Shown piece by piece: positions 1-9,444 of a stretch of DNA of 64,000 nt; within the stretch, counting starts at the first letter, position 1; the number at the start of each line of letters is the position of its first letter. The notes under the pieces are model-generated. The model did not search any database. It saw only the letters and a list, made by a program, of their open reading frames with translations, and was not told where the DNA came from. Source of the DNA: an uncultured Chloroflexia bacterium (GTDB taxonomy: Bacteria; Chloroflexota; Limnocylindria; Limnocylindrales; CSP1-4). The position numbers and the translations under genes were made by a program. The DNA lies in assembly GCA_963833225.1 (NCBI GenBank), contig CAWHXD010000019.1, forward strand, positions 384,001-448,000, written 5' to 3'.

Positions 1-957
1 GGCCGGGACCACCAGCCCGAGGATGACCCGCGCCCAGAACTGCGCGGCCAGCGGCCCCGTCAGGAGGGCGGTGGTCGCCTCGCGAAGGCCCCGCTCCTCG
101 CCGTTCAGCCCGGCTGCGATCATGCGCACGGTCAGCGCGCCGACGAGCGCGATCCCGATGGCGAGCAGGAGCCGTGCCGACGGCAGCGCGACCGGTGCCG
201 CCCGCTCGAAATCGGCGAGCCGCAGCCGGTGGACGAAGTAGAAGACGATGCCCAGCAGCGCGGTGCCGGCAAGGAACGCCGAGGCGACCATCGTGATCGG
301 CGTGAAGATCCCGTTCCAGAACACCTTCGCACCCAGGACGCCGAACACCGCGCCCAGCGTCGCCGGCGCCAGGATCGCGATGATCGAGGCGCAGGTGCAG
401 GCGTACTGGTGGATCTTCGGATGGTCCGTGAACAGGCTCCAGACCTCGACGACCAGGACCACGAGATAGGCACCGTAGAACACGCCCATCCACCACATGG
501 GCGACGAGGGGGAGGGGACCAGCACCGCCCCGAAGATCATCCGGACCGGGTAGTGCAGGTCGAGGGCGATGATCAGGAACGCCGTGGTGAGCGAGAGGAG
601 CGCGAGGATCGCGTGGCGCTTCTCGAACGGCTGGAAACGCTCGATGCCGAACACCGTCCCCAGCGACGACGCGAGGCACAGCCCGCTGGTCATGATCGCG
701 AAGAACGCGTAGCCGATGATCATCAGCCCCCACTCGAACGAGGGCGTGGTCCCGAACACCTCCCAGCCGGGTGGCAGGGCCACGATCGCCGCGACGGCCA
801 TGACGGCCATCAGGGCGAGCAACAGCCCCAGCCATGCCTGGAGCACGACGGGCATGCTCCTGACCTCGGTCACGAGCGAGCGGGCGAGCGGTCGCGGGGC
901 CAGCGGGATCCGGTAGTCCAGCAGGTGGAGCTCGAGCGGCGTGACGGTCGCGCGCAC
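1..957 (-). CDS. nrfD: NrfD/PsrC-family quinol-interacting membrane anchor (3' end runs off the window)
   Basis: Manual translation from GTG 957 (AAGGAGG RBS upstream) gives WGLMIIGYAFF..SGL..DLHYPVR..SPSSPMWWMG, a hydrophobic protein. It lies directly downstream of the 4Fe-4S gene and is missing from the ORF track because it has no stop in the window. Confidence 0.85.
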   Translation of the reverse strand, partial: MRATVTPLELHLLDYRIPLAPRPLARSLVTEVRSMPVVLQAWLGLLLALMAVMAVAAIVALPPGWEVFGTTPSFEWGLMIIGYAFFAIMTSGLCLASSLGTVFGIERFQPFEKRHAILALLSLTTAFLIIALDLHYPVRMIFGAVLVPSPSSPMWWMGVFYGAYLVVLVVEVWSLFTDHPKIHQYACTCASIIAILAPATLGAVFGVLGAKVFWNGIFTPITMVASAFLAGTALLGIVFYFVHRLRLADFERAAPVALPSARLLLAIGIALVGALTVRMIAAGLNGEERGLREATTALLTGPLAAQFWARVILGLVVPA

Positions 958-960
958 CCC

Positions 961-1977
961 CTATCCCTCCTTGTTCACCGGGCCGAGGTAGAGCACCCGG
1001 GGTTGGGTGCCGTACTCGGGCCACAGGGACTTCGGGTACTGCGTGCGCAGGACCGTGCTGATCTCGCTCTCCGGGTCCGCGGCGTCGCCAAACTTCCGGG
1101 CACCGACGGGACACACCTCCACGCACGCCGGCTGGAGGTTGCGGCTGATGCGGTGGTAGCACCAGGTGCACTTGTCGGCGACCCCGGGCGTGTCGTTGGG
1201 CGCCTGGTCGCCGGCAGGGACGATGTACCGCGCGCCGTAGGGGCAGGAGACGACGCAGTACCCGCAGCCGATGCAACGGCTGGCGTCGACGAGGACCACC
1301 CCGTCCACGGTCTTGTAGGTGGCGCCCACGGGGCACACCGAGGTGCACGGGGAGTTCGCGCACTGCATGCACAGCCGCGGCATGAAGTAGGCCTCGTCCA
1401 CCATCTTGCCGGCGGCCGTGGGATCGGTCGAGTCGAACGGGAAGCCGTTGATGCCGCCGTCCGGGGAGTCGATGTGGATCTCGCCGTCCGTGGTGACCAC
1501 GTGGCGCTCGATCCAGGTCCGCGTGTACTGGGGCTCCTCCGGGACGTGGTTCTCCTCCTTGCAGGCCGAGACGCACAGGCCGCAACCGATGCACGCCGCC
1601 GTGTCCACCACGTACGTCCAGCGTCGCGCCTCGGGGTCGTAGGTCGGGATGATCGGCGCGACGTCGGAAGGCTCCTCCGCAAAGACCGGGGTGAACCTCG
1701 CCAGCGCCGCCGCTCCCACCAGGCCGCCGGCGAGCGCGAGACCGAACCCCAGGAAGGCGCGGCGGCTGGTGGACGCAGCCGTGATCGCGGGCGCGAGCTC
1801 CTCGAGCGGGACGAGCGTCGCATCGGCTGGGGCGGCCTCGACCGGCCGCGGCTCCGCGGGGGCTTCACCAGCCTCGGCCGGCCGCGCCGCCGCGGGGACG
1901 CCGGCGGGCACGGGCGCATCACCGGGCGTGTCCGCGCCGGCGACCGGGGCCGTGGTGGGGGTGGAGTCGTCGGTCAC
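961..1977 (-). CDS. nrfC: NrfC/DmsB-like 4x[4Fe-4S] protein with Tat signal
   Basis: Motifs CIGCGLCVSAC, CMQCANSPCTSVCP, CIGCGYCVVSCP and CTWC..CVEVCP; twin-arginine SRRAFLG; GTG start overlaps the stop of the cytochrome gene (GTGA). Confidence 0.9.
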   Translation of the reverse strand: MTDDSTPTTAPVAGADTPGDAPVPAGVPAAARPAEAGEAPAEPRPVEAAPADATLVPLEELAPAITAASTSRRAFLGFGLALAGGLVGAAALARFTPVFAEEPSDVAPIIPTYDPEARRWTYVVDTAACIGCGLCVSACKEENHVPEEPQYTRTWIERHVVTTDGEIHIDSPDGGINGFPFDSTDPTAAGKMVDEAYFMPRLCMQCANSPCTSVCPVGATYKTVDGVVLVDASRCIGCGYCVVSCPYGARYIVPAGDQAPNDTPGVADKCTWCYHRISRNLQPACVEVCPVGARKFGDAADPESEISTVLRTQYPKSLWPEYGTQPRVLYLGPVNKEG

Positions 1978-2702
1978 GGTGACACCTGGGGGTTGGGGGA
2001 GGCGTCGCCCGCGAGGGCCGCGGCGCCGGCGTCCTCGGCGGGACCCCGTCCGGCGGCGTGGCACTCGAGGCAGCGGGCGTCATCGCTGGTGCCTGCGGGG
2101 TGGCGCTGGTTGCGGGCCTTGAAGCCGTCGGGTCCATGGCAGGTGAGGCAGGGCGGCAGGTCATTGAGCGGATGGAGGACGACCGGCGGCCGATTGGCCG
2201 TTCCAACGTGCGGATCGTGACATTCGAGGCACTGGGACACGTAGTGCTGGCCGGGCAGGACCTGGCGGAAGCCCATCGGGCGGCCGGTCGCCGCGGTGTG
2301 ACAGCGCAGGCAGACCTCGTCGGTGGGGACACGGACGGGGACCTGCTCCGAGGTGGCCCGGTCACCTGCCTCGGCATGCTCGAGCAGGGCGCCATGGCAG
2401 CTCTGGCAGCCGATGTCCTTGTGGGCGGCAAGGACCAGCGCCGTGTGCTCTCGCTCGTGGCAGGCCCCGCAGGTGCTCGACGCGGTGTACGAGAGCTGCA
2501 GACCCGCCCACTGCTTCGCGTTGACCGTGCTGTCGAGCGAGTACCGGAGGTACGGGCTCCATGCCATCGCCACGCCGACCACGAGCACGATCGAGAGGGC
2601 CGCGGCGCCGCCCAGGATGGCGGCAGCCGCAAGGAACCCGCCCCGGCGCGTGCGCGGCCGCACCGAGTCCCAGAAGCGGCGCAGCCGCTGCGACGGCTTC
2701 AC
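1974..2702 (-). CDS. Membrane-anchored hexaheme cytochrome c
   Basis: Six CxxCH motifs (CGACH, CQSCH, CLRCH, CLECH, CLTCH, CLECH) after an N-terminal TM helix. Confidence 0.9.
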   Translation of the reverse strand: MKPSQRLRRFWDSVRPRTRRGGFLAAAAILGGAAALSIVLVVGVAMAWSPYLRYSLDSTVNAKQWAGLQLSYTASSTCGACHEREHTALVLAAHKDIGCQSCHGALLEHAEAGDRATSEQVPVRVPTDEVCLRCHTAATGRPMGFRQVLPGQHYVSQCLECHDPHVGTANRPPVVLHPLNDLPPCLTCHGPDGFKARNQRHPAGTSDDARCLECHAAGRGPAEDAGAAALAGDASPNPQVSP

Positions 2703-3415
2703 AGGACGGAGGGGTTCAGGAGACCGCGGCGGACCGTGTAGCGCAGCAGCTCGACCCGGTCGTGCAGGCCCAGCTTCTCCATCACGTTGGCGCGGTTGTA
2801 GTGGACGGTCTGCTGCGAGAGGCGCAGCGACTTCGCGATCTCGCGGTTGGTGTGGCCCATGGCCGCCAGGAGCAGGATCTGACGCTCCCGTTCGGTCAGC
2901 GACTCGTACGGGTCATCGAGCGTGGCATCAGGGGTCCGGCGCACGTAGGTGTCGACCATCCGGGTGACGATGGCCGGGCTGACGTAGGTGTGGCCGGCGG
3001 CCACGCTGCGGACCGCGCCCGTGATGTCGCTGTCCTGTGCCTCCCGGGTCAGGAAGCCATTCGCTCCCGCCTTGAGGGCCACCGAGAACTGCTCCGTGGC
3101 GCAGCGGCAGTCGAGCGCGATGATCTTGGCGTCCGGGCAGGCTTCGCGGATCGCCTCGATCGAGTCGTAGGTGCCGCATCCGAACCCGCCGACGCTCTCG
3201 CACTCGAGGACGATCACCGCCGGTTGGACGACGCGGGCCTGGTCAACGACCGAGTCCCGGCCGTCGACCTCGCCAACGACGTGCATGTCCGGGGTGGCGT
3301 CGATGACCGACCGCAGGGCCGTCGAGAGCATCGGGAAGTCGACGATCGCGAGCAGCACGCCAAGCCGGTCCACGGCGGGCACGGCCCCGCCCCGGGCATC
3401 GGAAACGGAGGTCAT
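2699..3415 (-). CDS. NarL/LuxR-family response regulator with atypical receiver domain
   Basis: C-terminal LTERERQILLLAAMGHTNREIAKSLRLSQQTV LuxR HTH; REC-like N-terminus; start taken as ATG 3415. Confidence 0.85.
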   Translation of the reverse strand: MTSVSDARGGAVPAVDRLGVLLAIVDFPMLSTALRSVIDATPDMHVVGEVDGRDSVVDQARVVQPAVIVLECESVGGFGCGTYDSIEAIREACPDAKIIALDCRCATEQFSVALKAGANGFLTREAQDSDITGAVRSVAAGHTYVSPAIVTRMVDTYVRRTPDATLDDPYESLTERERQILLLAAMGHTNREIAKSLRLSQQTVHYNRANVMEKLGLHDRVELLRYTVRRGLLNPSVL

Positions 3416-3426
3416 GACGGGCGTGA

Positions 3427-3765
3427 TCAGCGTGCCTGCGGCGTTCCCGTGTCGTCCCCGTGGCGGTTCCTGACGACGTATGCCCAGAAGAAGGGCATCG
3501 CAACCATGAGCACGGTGACGAGCGCGGCGGCGAGCATGGTCGCCTGGGCGCCGAGGTTGAAGTAGACGAGCATCAGGGCCACGTAGGCCAGCGCGGAGCC
3601 GCACCACAGGGTGAGGGTCACGAGGCCCAGCCAGGCGGCGATCCGGGCGCCCCGCCCGCCCCGAGACCCGTACGCGAACCACGCGACGAGGGCCACGATG
3701 CCCTCGACCAGGAACAGCATCGGGACGACCAGCGCGACGGTTTCGGACAGTTCCGTGATCTGCAT
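3427..3765 (-). CDS. Small membrane protein (about 3 TM helices), unknown function
   Basis: 112-aa hydrophobic ORF, 11 bp upstream of the regulator and co-oriented. Confidence 0.7.
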   Translation of the reverse strand: MQITELSETVALVVPMLFLVEGIVALVAWFAYGSRGGRGARIAAWLGLVTLTLWCGSALAYVALMLVYFNLGAQATMLAAALVTVLMVAMPFFWAYVVRNRHGDDTGTPQAR

Positions 3766-3886
3766 CCCCGAGGTCCCCAGTGCGTATCGCGGCCGCGACA
3801 GTGGTCGATAGGGGAATCATCGGTCACGGCCGTCGGTTGGAGCAGGGGCCAAGGGGGAAAAAGTGGCCCGTACCGGTCGATACATC

Positions 3887-3923
3887 CGGACGGCCGTTCG
3901 GACCCGGATCGAACGGCCGTCCG
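3887..3923. promoter_or_regulatory. Perfect 14-bp inverted repeat (operator or terminator)
   Basis: CGGACGGCCGTTCG-N9-CGAACGGCCGTCCG lies between the mtnA stop and the start of the redox operon. Confidence 0.5.
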
Positions 3924-4022
3924 CATTCGGGCGATGTGCGTGGCCCCGGAGCCGACGCTCGTCGCCGGCCTGCCGCCAGGACCGCTCCGCCGGCGTGATC
4001 GGCGTCCCGCTCCTCGTGCCCC

Positions 4023-5030
4023 TCAGGCCCCGCCCGGCGTCTCCCCGCGGTCGGTCCGGATGACCCGCCGGTCGGTGACGATGGCGGTGATGAGCGACGC
4101 CGGCGTGACGTCGAACGCGGGGTTGAGCGCCCGGGTCCCGAGCGGAGCGGACGGGATATCGCGGAAGGACGTGACCTCGCGGGCGTCCCGTTCCTCGATC
4201 ACGATTCCGTCGCCGGTGGGCGTGCCGGCATCGATCGTGGACTCCGGGGCGACGACCAGGAACGGGATCCCCGCGTGGCGCGCGGCGAGGGCAAGCGCCA
4301 GGCTGCCGACCTTGTTCGCCGTGTCCCCGTTCGCGGTGATCCGGTCCGCTCCGATCAGCGCGATGTCGGCCAGCCCGCGGGCCAGCACCGACGCTGCCGC
4401 CCCGTCGACGAGCAGACGATGCGGGGCCCCCATCCTGGAGAGCTCCCACGCCGTCAGCCGCGCGCCCTGCAGCAGGGGCCGCGTCTCGAGCGGAAGCGCC
4501 TCCTCCAGCAGGCCGCGGGCATGAAGCTCGCCCACGACCCCGAGCGCCGTTCCCCGCTCCACGGCGGCCAGCGCGCCCGTGTTGCAGATGGTCATCGCCC
4601 GGACCCGGGGCCGAGCCACGAGCGTCCGGACCAGGTCCGCGCCACGGGTGGCCATCGCGGCACAGGCGGCAATGTCCTCGTCGCGGACGGCGAGCGCCTC
4701 GGCGAGGACCGAAGCCAGGCCGCCGGGCAGCTTCGCCAGGGCACGATCCGTTCCCCAGGCGAGGTTCACCGCCGTTGGGCGTGCGGCGCGGAGCCGTGTC
4801 GCGCCGGCCCGGACCGCTCGTGCATCACCGGGATGGAGGCGTGCCAGCAGCGCGACGCCCATGGCACCCGCGACGCCCAGCGCCGGCGCACCCCGCACGG
4901 CGAGCCGCGAGATGGCATCCACGAGGGCATCAGGCGACGCCACTCGGAGGATGACGAGCTCGTCCGGGAGCCGCGTCTGGTCGATGAGGTGGATCTCGCC
5001 GTCAACCCAGTCGATCGTGCGTTCCGTCAT
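4023..5030 (-). CDS. mtnA: S-methyl-5-thioribose-1-phosphate isomerase
   Basis: IDQTRLP, VRGAPALG, RPTAVNL, CNTGALA, ETRPLLQGARLTAWEL, GADRI..NGDTANKVG, NPAFDVTP. Confidence 0.95.
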   Translation of the reverse strand: MTERTIDWVDGEIHLIDQTRLPDELVILRVASPDALVDAISRLAVRGAPALGVAGAMGVALLARLHPGDARAVRAGATRLRAARPTAVNLAWGTDRALAKLPGGLASVLAEALAVRDEDIAACAAMATRGADLVRTLVARPRVRAMTICNTGALAAVERGTALGVVGELHARGLLEEALPLETRPLLQGARLTAWELSRMGAPHRLLVDGAAASVLARGLADIALIGADRITANGDTANKVGSLALALAARHAGIPFLVVAPESTIDAGTPTGDGIVIEERDAREVTSFRDIPSAPLGTRALNPAFDVTPASLITAIVTDRRVIRTDRGETPGGA

Positions 5031-5170
5031 GGCGTGGCCACGCTAGCATGCGCCCATGTCGGATCTCATCGCCCTCGCGGCCTCCGTCCCCGCCACCACC
5101 GTTGATCGCCCGGCGGCCCTTGACCGAATCGACGCGGTCGCAGACCACGACGTGGAGGGCTGACTTGGCC

Positions 5171-7048
5171 GTGCCTCGCGGCCCCGGGATCGGGGAGCGC
5201 CTCTCGTATCGCTTCGACCGGTTCATGGAGCGGGGCACCATCGCGCTGATCGCGGGCCTGGCCGTCGTCTCGGTGCTGATCATCGTGGTCATCGTGGCGC
5301 TGCTCGTGCTGTTCCGTGGCGACGACGGGCACGACATCCCGTCCTTGCTCTGGATGTCGATGATGCGCACGCTCGACCCGGGCACCGTGGGCGGGGACGA
5401 GGGCAGCGGCCGGTTCCTGGTCGGGATGTTCGCCGTCACCCTCGCGGGCATCTTCGTCATCAGCACCCTCATCGGGATCCTGAGCAACGGCCTCCAGGAC
5501 AAGCTGGCGGCGCTGCGCAAGGGGCGATCCCGGGTGCTGGAGCGCGATCACGTCGTGATCCTCGGCTGGAGCCAGCAGATCTTCGACGTCGTGTCCCAGC
5601 TGCTCCAGGGCGGCGCCGGACGGCCGGGCAACGCGATCGTGATCCTGGCCGATCGCGACCGCGTCGAGATGGAGACGGAGCTCCGAGATCGGGTGAAGAT
5701 CCCTCGCCGAGCCAGCGTCGTCTGCCGGACGGGTCGCGGTTCCGACCTCTCCGACCTGCCCATCGCCAACCCGGACGAGTCCCGGGCGATCATCGTCCTC
5801 CAGGGCAGCGGCGGCGACCCGGACGTCGAGGTCCTCAAGACCATCCTCGCGGTCACCGGTCGGCATGAGCGGCGCACGGAGCCGTACCGGATCATCGCCG
5901 AGGTTCGGGACAGCGCCAGCGAGGGCATCGCCCGTCTCGTCGCCGGCGACGAGGTCCACCTGCTGCTCGCGGACGAGCTGGTCGCGCGGATCATCGCCCA
6001 GACCAGCCGCCAGTCCGGGCTGTCCACGGTCTATCTCGAGCTGCTCGACTTCGCCGGCCACGAGTTCCACGTGGCTGCGATGCCGGCGCTCGATGGCCGA
6101 ACCTTCGGCGACGCGGTCGCCGCGGTCTCGGGCGGTGTCGCCGTGGGCATCGTGGGGGCCGGCGGCGCCCGACTGGCACCGTCGCCCGCCGACGTCCTGG
6201 GCGCCGGCGACCGGATCGTGATCCTGGCCGAAGACCAGGACTCGGCGCGGTTCGGCGCTCCCCTCGAGGTCGACATGGGGGCCATCCATGGCGCCGAGGC
6301 CCGCGAGCCCGAGCCCGAGCGGACGCTCATCCTCGGCTGGAACCGCCGGGGTCCGGCCATCATCCGCGAGCTGGACCAGTACGTCGCGCCGGGCTCCGAG
6401 GTAGTGGCCGTATCGGCCCTGGACTCGGTGGTCGATGCCGGCGCGATCGAGGGGCTCGCGAACCTTCGCGCCTCCGGCCGGGTGCTGAGCTCCACCGCGC
6501 GGCCGGTGCTCGATTCGCTCGACGTTCCCTCCTACCCGCACGTGATCGTGCTGTGCGAGTCGGACGACAGCGACGCGGACCTGGCCGATGCCCGGACGCT
6601 GCTGACCCTGCTCCACCTGCGCGACATCGCCTCGAGGAGCGAGCGACCGTTCACGATCGTGTCGGAGATGCTCGACGAGGGTGACCGGGAGCTGGCCGAG
6701 ATCTCGCAGGCCGACGACTTCATCGTCAGCTCGCGGCTGCTGTCCCTGCTCCTGGCCCAGATCGCGGAGACGCCGGAGCTCGCGGACGTCTTCCGGGAGC
6801 TGTTCCACGCGGAGGGCGCCGAGGTCTACCTGCGGGAGGTGCGCGACTACATCGTGCTCGGCAGGCCCGTGTCGTTCGCCACGCTCCAGGCGGCTGCCCA
6901 GGCCCGCGGGGAGGTGGCCCTCGGCTACCGGATCGCCGCCCGCGCAAAGGAGCCGGGTGCCCGATATGGGGTCGTGCTCAACCCGGACAAGGGCGCGGCG
7001 GTGACCTTCGTCGATGGTGACCGCGTGGTGGTGCTGGCCGAGCGCTAG
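5171..7048 (+). CDS. CASTOR/POLLUX(DMI1)-like cation channel with tandem RCK domains
   Basis: N-terminal TM segments around WMSMMRTLDPGT; two RCK repeats (HVVILGWS; RTLILGWN); C-terminal GVVLNP..GDRVVVLAE. Start approximate. Confidence 0.8.
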   Translation: MPRGPGIGERLSYRFDRFMERGTIALIAGLAVVSVLIIVVIVALLVLFRGDDGHDIPSLLWMSMMRTLDPGTVGGDEGSGRFLVGMFAVTLAGIFVISTLIGILSNGLQDKLAALRKGRSRVLERDHVVILGWSQQIFDVVSQLLQGGAGRPGNAIVILADRDRVEMETELRDRVKIPRRASVVCRTGRGSDLSDLPIANPDESRAIIVLQGSGGDPDVEVLKTILAVTGRHERRTEPYRIIAEVRDSASEGIARLVAGDEVHLLLADELVARIIAQTSRQSGLSTVYLELLDFAGHEFHVAAMPALDGRTFGDAVAAVSGGVAVGIVGAGGARLAPSPADVLGAGDRIVILAEDQDSARFGAPLEVDMGAIHGAEAREPEPERTLILGWNRRGPAIIRELDQYVAPGSEVVAVSALDSVVDAGAIEGLANLRASGRVLSSTARPVLDSLDVPSYPHVIVLCESDDSDADLADARTLLTLLHLRDIASRSERPFTIVSEMLDEGDRELAEISQADDFIVSSRLLSLLLAQIAETPELADVFRELFHAEGAEVYLREVRDYIVLGRPVSFATLQAAAQARGEVALGYRIAARAKEPGARYGVVLNPDKGAAVTFVDGDRVVVLAER

Positions 7049-7076
7049 CCCGGCTCGGGCGTCGCCCGGTCGGTCG

Positions 7077-8938
7077 CTATCGCCGGCGCAGGCGCTCGCG
7101 GGCGTTGTCAAGCAGGATGAACAGCCCAAGGCCCGCAAGGACCAGCAGCACGAGCTCGCGCAGATACGTCCACGCGAGCAGCAGCGCGGACACGGACGCC
7201 AGGATCACCGTCACTCGGAGCAGGAGCGTCTCGACGCGTCGCTGGCGCGAACGACTCGATCGCGAGGTATCCGATCACGAGCAGCATGACGGTGGCGCCC
7301 ACGGGCAGGATCTGGAACCACAGGATCACGGCGAGCGCGATGACCAGGACCCCGACGCTCAACGCCGCCCACGTCTCGGCAAACACGCGCCGCCGGGTGT
7401 GGTCGGGCGGCTCCGGGGTGGCGGTAGACGTGAGGTGTTCCCGAGGATCGCCGCGGTAGCCCGCGTCATAGCGGGCGAGATACGCCTCGGCCGCGGCCGC
7501 CGCGGCCCGCAGCTCCGCCGCGGCCGCCCGCTGCGACGCGAGGCGGGCCTCGCCGTCGGCCAGCTCGGTCGCCCGGCGAGCCCGGTACTCGCCAAGCCCG
7601 GAGGCCTCGGCCAGGGCACGGACCTCAACACCCAGCCCGGGAAGGGTCGAGGCAAGCTCGGATGCCTCGGCTTCGATCGCGCGCCGTTCCGCATCGAGGG
7701 TCGCAACGCGGCCCTCGAGCGTCGCACGCGTCTCGGCCGGCGTCGGGATCCCGGCCAGCCCGACGAAGCTCAGCGGGTCGTTCCAGGACTGGCGGACGGT
7801 CCCGGCGCGTGTGTACTTCGGCCCCGCGGGCGCTCGCTCGCCCGCCATCCGGTCCCCGGTGTCCAGGCCCCACAGGCCCCGGTACGCGTCCACCCACCCG
7901 TCGGCATCCGAGACCAGGACGGGGCTCCACGCGATCTCCTGGCCCGGGCCGACGGTGACGCCGTCGCCACGCGCATAGTCCACGAACGGGATGCTCACGA
8001 GGCGCGCGATCATCTCGGCAAGGTCGCCGGGGTCGGGCTGGTTGAGCGTGTCGCGCCACGTCCGTCGGACCCAGTCGAGAATGCCGCGCTGCAGCGCGGA
8101 CCCGGGCAGGGCAAGCCGCATGATGTACTCGCCAGGCTCGACGTACGTCGCATGCGGACCCGGCGCCGGGGTAGACGACGACGTGCTCGCCCTCCTTGCG
8201 GAGCGTGGGGTCGTCCCAGCGGCGGCGCAGGTCCGCGCCACGCTCGTCGTGCGCCGCGGCCGCGAACCAGATCGGGATGACGTCCCCGTCGGGCAGCTGC
8301 TCGAGGATCACGAAGGCCTGCTCCCAGTCGGCCTCGTGGTCATTGGCGCCCTCGAACGTCGAGCGCCAGTCATTCATCGGGTAGAAGAACAGGTAGTGCA
8401 GGACGACCCAGCCATCCTGGCGGACGACGCGTCCGTGATAGCTGACCCGCGGGTCCCTCGAACGCAGGCGCTGGTACTTGATTGCGGCCGCGGCGGCCGT
8501 GCCGCCCGGGACCTTGCCGCGCACGAGGAGCGAGGCCACGACCCCGGCGTCCAGCATGCGGGCGAGGATGCCCACGCGAGCCAGGCGCCCGGGCGCGCGG
8601 AACCGTGGCCGGTCTGGCCGGTTCATGAACCTCGCGAGCTCGAGCGGGTTGAGCGGCTCCTGCACGAAGCGCAGGAAATGGGCTTCCCCGGGCGGCGCGT
8701 CGCCAATCGCCGCCAGGCGCTCGGCGTCGAGCTCGCCGACCGGGACCACCACCCGTGCGGCTGACGGCGTGGGGCCAGAGAGCAGGTCGCATGCGGCCAG
8801 GTAGCTCGTCGCCGGGGTGGGGAAGAACTGCTCCCCGTGCGTGAACCGCAGGATCGGCTCGAAGCGGCGAAGCAGGGCCTCGTCCCCATCGCCCGGGCTC
8901 GCCGGGGCCGCGGGCGCCACGCCCACCGGGACGGTCAT
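7077..8938 (-). CDS. Conserved hypothetical protein (NPP1/Vps62-like N-domain, coiled coil, C-terminal TM helices); frameshifted
   Basis: Joins ORFs 7625-8938 and 7108-8241 (shift ~8155) and a third frame ending TAG 7077 (shift ~7240). Motifs FEPILRF..FFP, YLFFYPMNDW, HEADWE. Confidence 0.6.
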
Positions 8939-9410
8939 TCGCGTTGCCCGGCCGAGATGCGTGCGCGGTCGAGGAGGTCACACCCAGGACCTCGCGGACC
9001 TCGCGCTGGTTGAGGTAGAACACGGTGATGATGTTGAGCCCCATCCACAGGTGGTTGGCGCCGCCGTTCGCGAAGCCGTAGAGATCGAGCGCGATGGCCA
9101 GCCCGGTGACGACCATCGCCAGCAGCCAGCCCACCCGCCTGCGGCCCAGCATCCCCAGGGCCGAGACCACCAGCACGACGCCGTAGATCGCGAGGATCGA
9201 GCCCGCCCACGGCACCTGTCGGACCAGCGCGATGAAGTCGGGCGTGGTCGAGAGCGCGACCGCGGGCTGGAGTGCGACGAAGCTGGTCCCGCCGACCAGG
9301 ATGAACACCAGGATCGCCCTGAACAGCATCACGCCGGAGAGGATGTAGAGCGTCAGCGGCAGCCGCCGCCGGGGCGATCCCGAGGCGGGCAGGGGAGCAG
9401 GTTCCGACAT
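8935..9410 (-). CDS. Small 4-TM membrane protein; probable frameshift near the 3' end
   Basis: MSEPAPL..YLNQREVRE is hydrophobic; a stop in another frame at 8935 overlaps the next ATG (ATGA). Confidence 0.6.
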
Positions 9411-9444
9411 CGAGCCTATGGTGCCACGCACCCTCTCCCGGGTC

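Noticed and set aside
229-2220. Long plus-strand ORF (663 aa), and similar antisense ORFs such as 5066-7138, 11741-13741, 33404-35170 and 57508-59610
   Set aside because: These are shadow ORFs opposite well-supported genes. They are expected at this GC level, are Arg/Gly/His-rich and carry no motifs.
3845-3875. DosR/NarL-like box (GGGGGAAAAAGTGGCCC) upstream of the redox operon
   Set aside because: The match to a palindromic consensus is too weak to call.
4023-5030. mtnA as part of the deoxy-sugar pathway (5-deoxyribose/DHAP shunt)
   Set aside because: No MtnK/MtnP or partner aldolase is adjacent, and it is separated from the island by unrelated genes.
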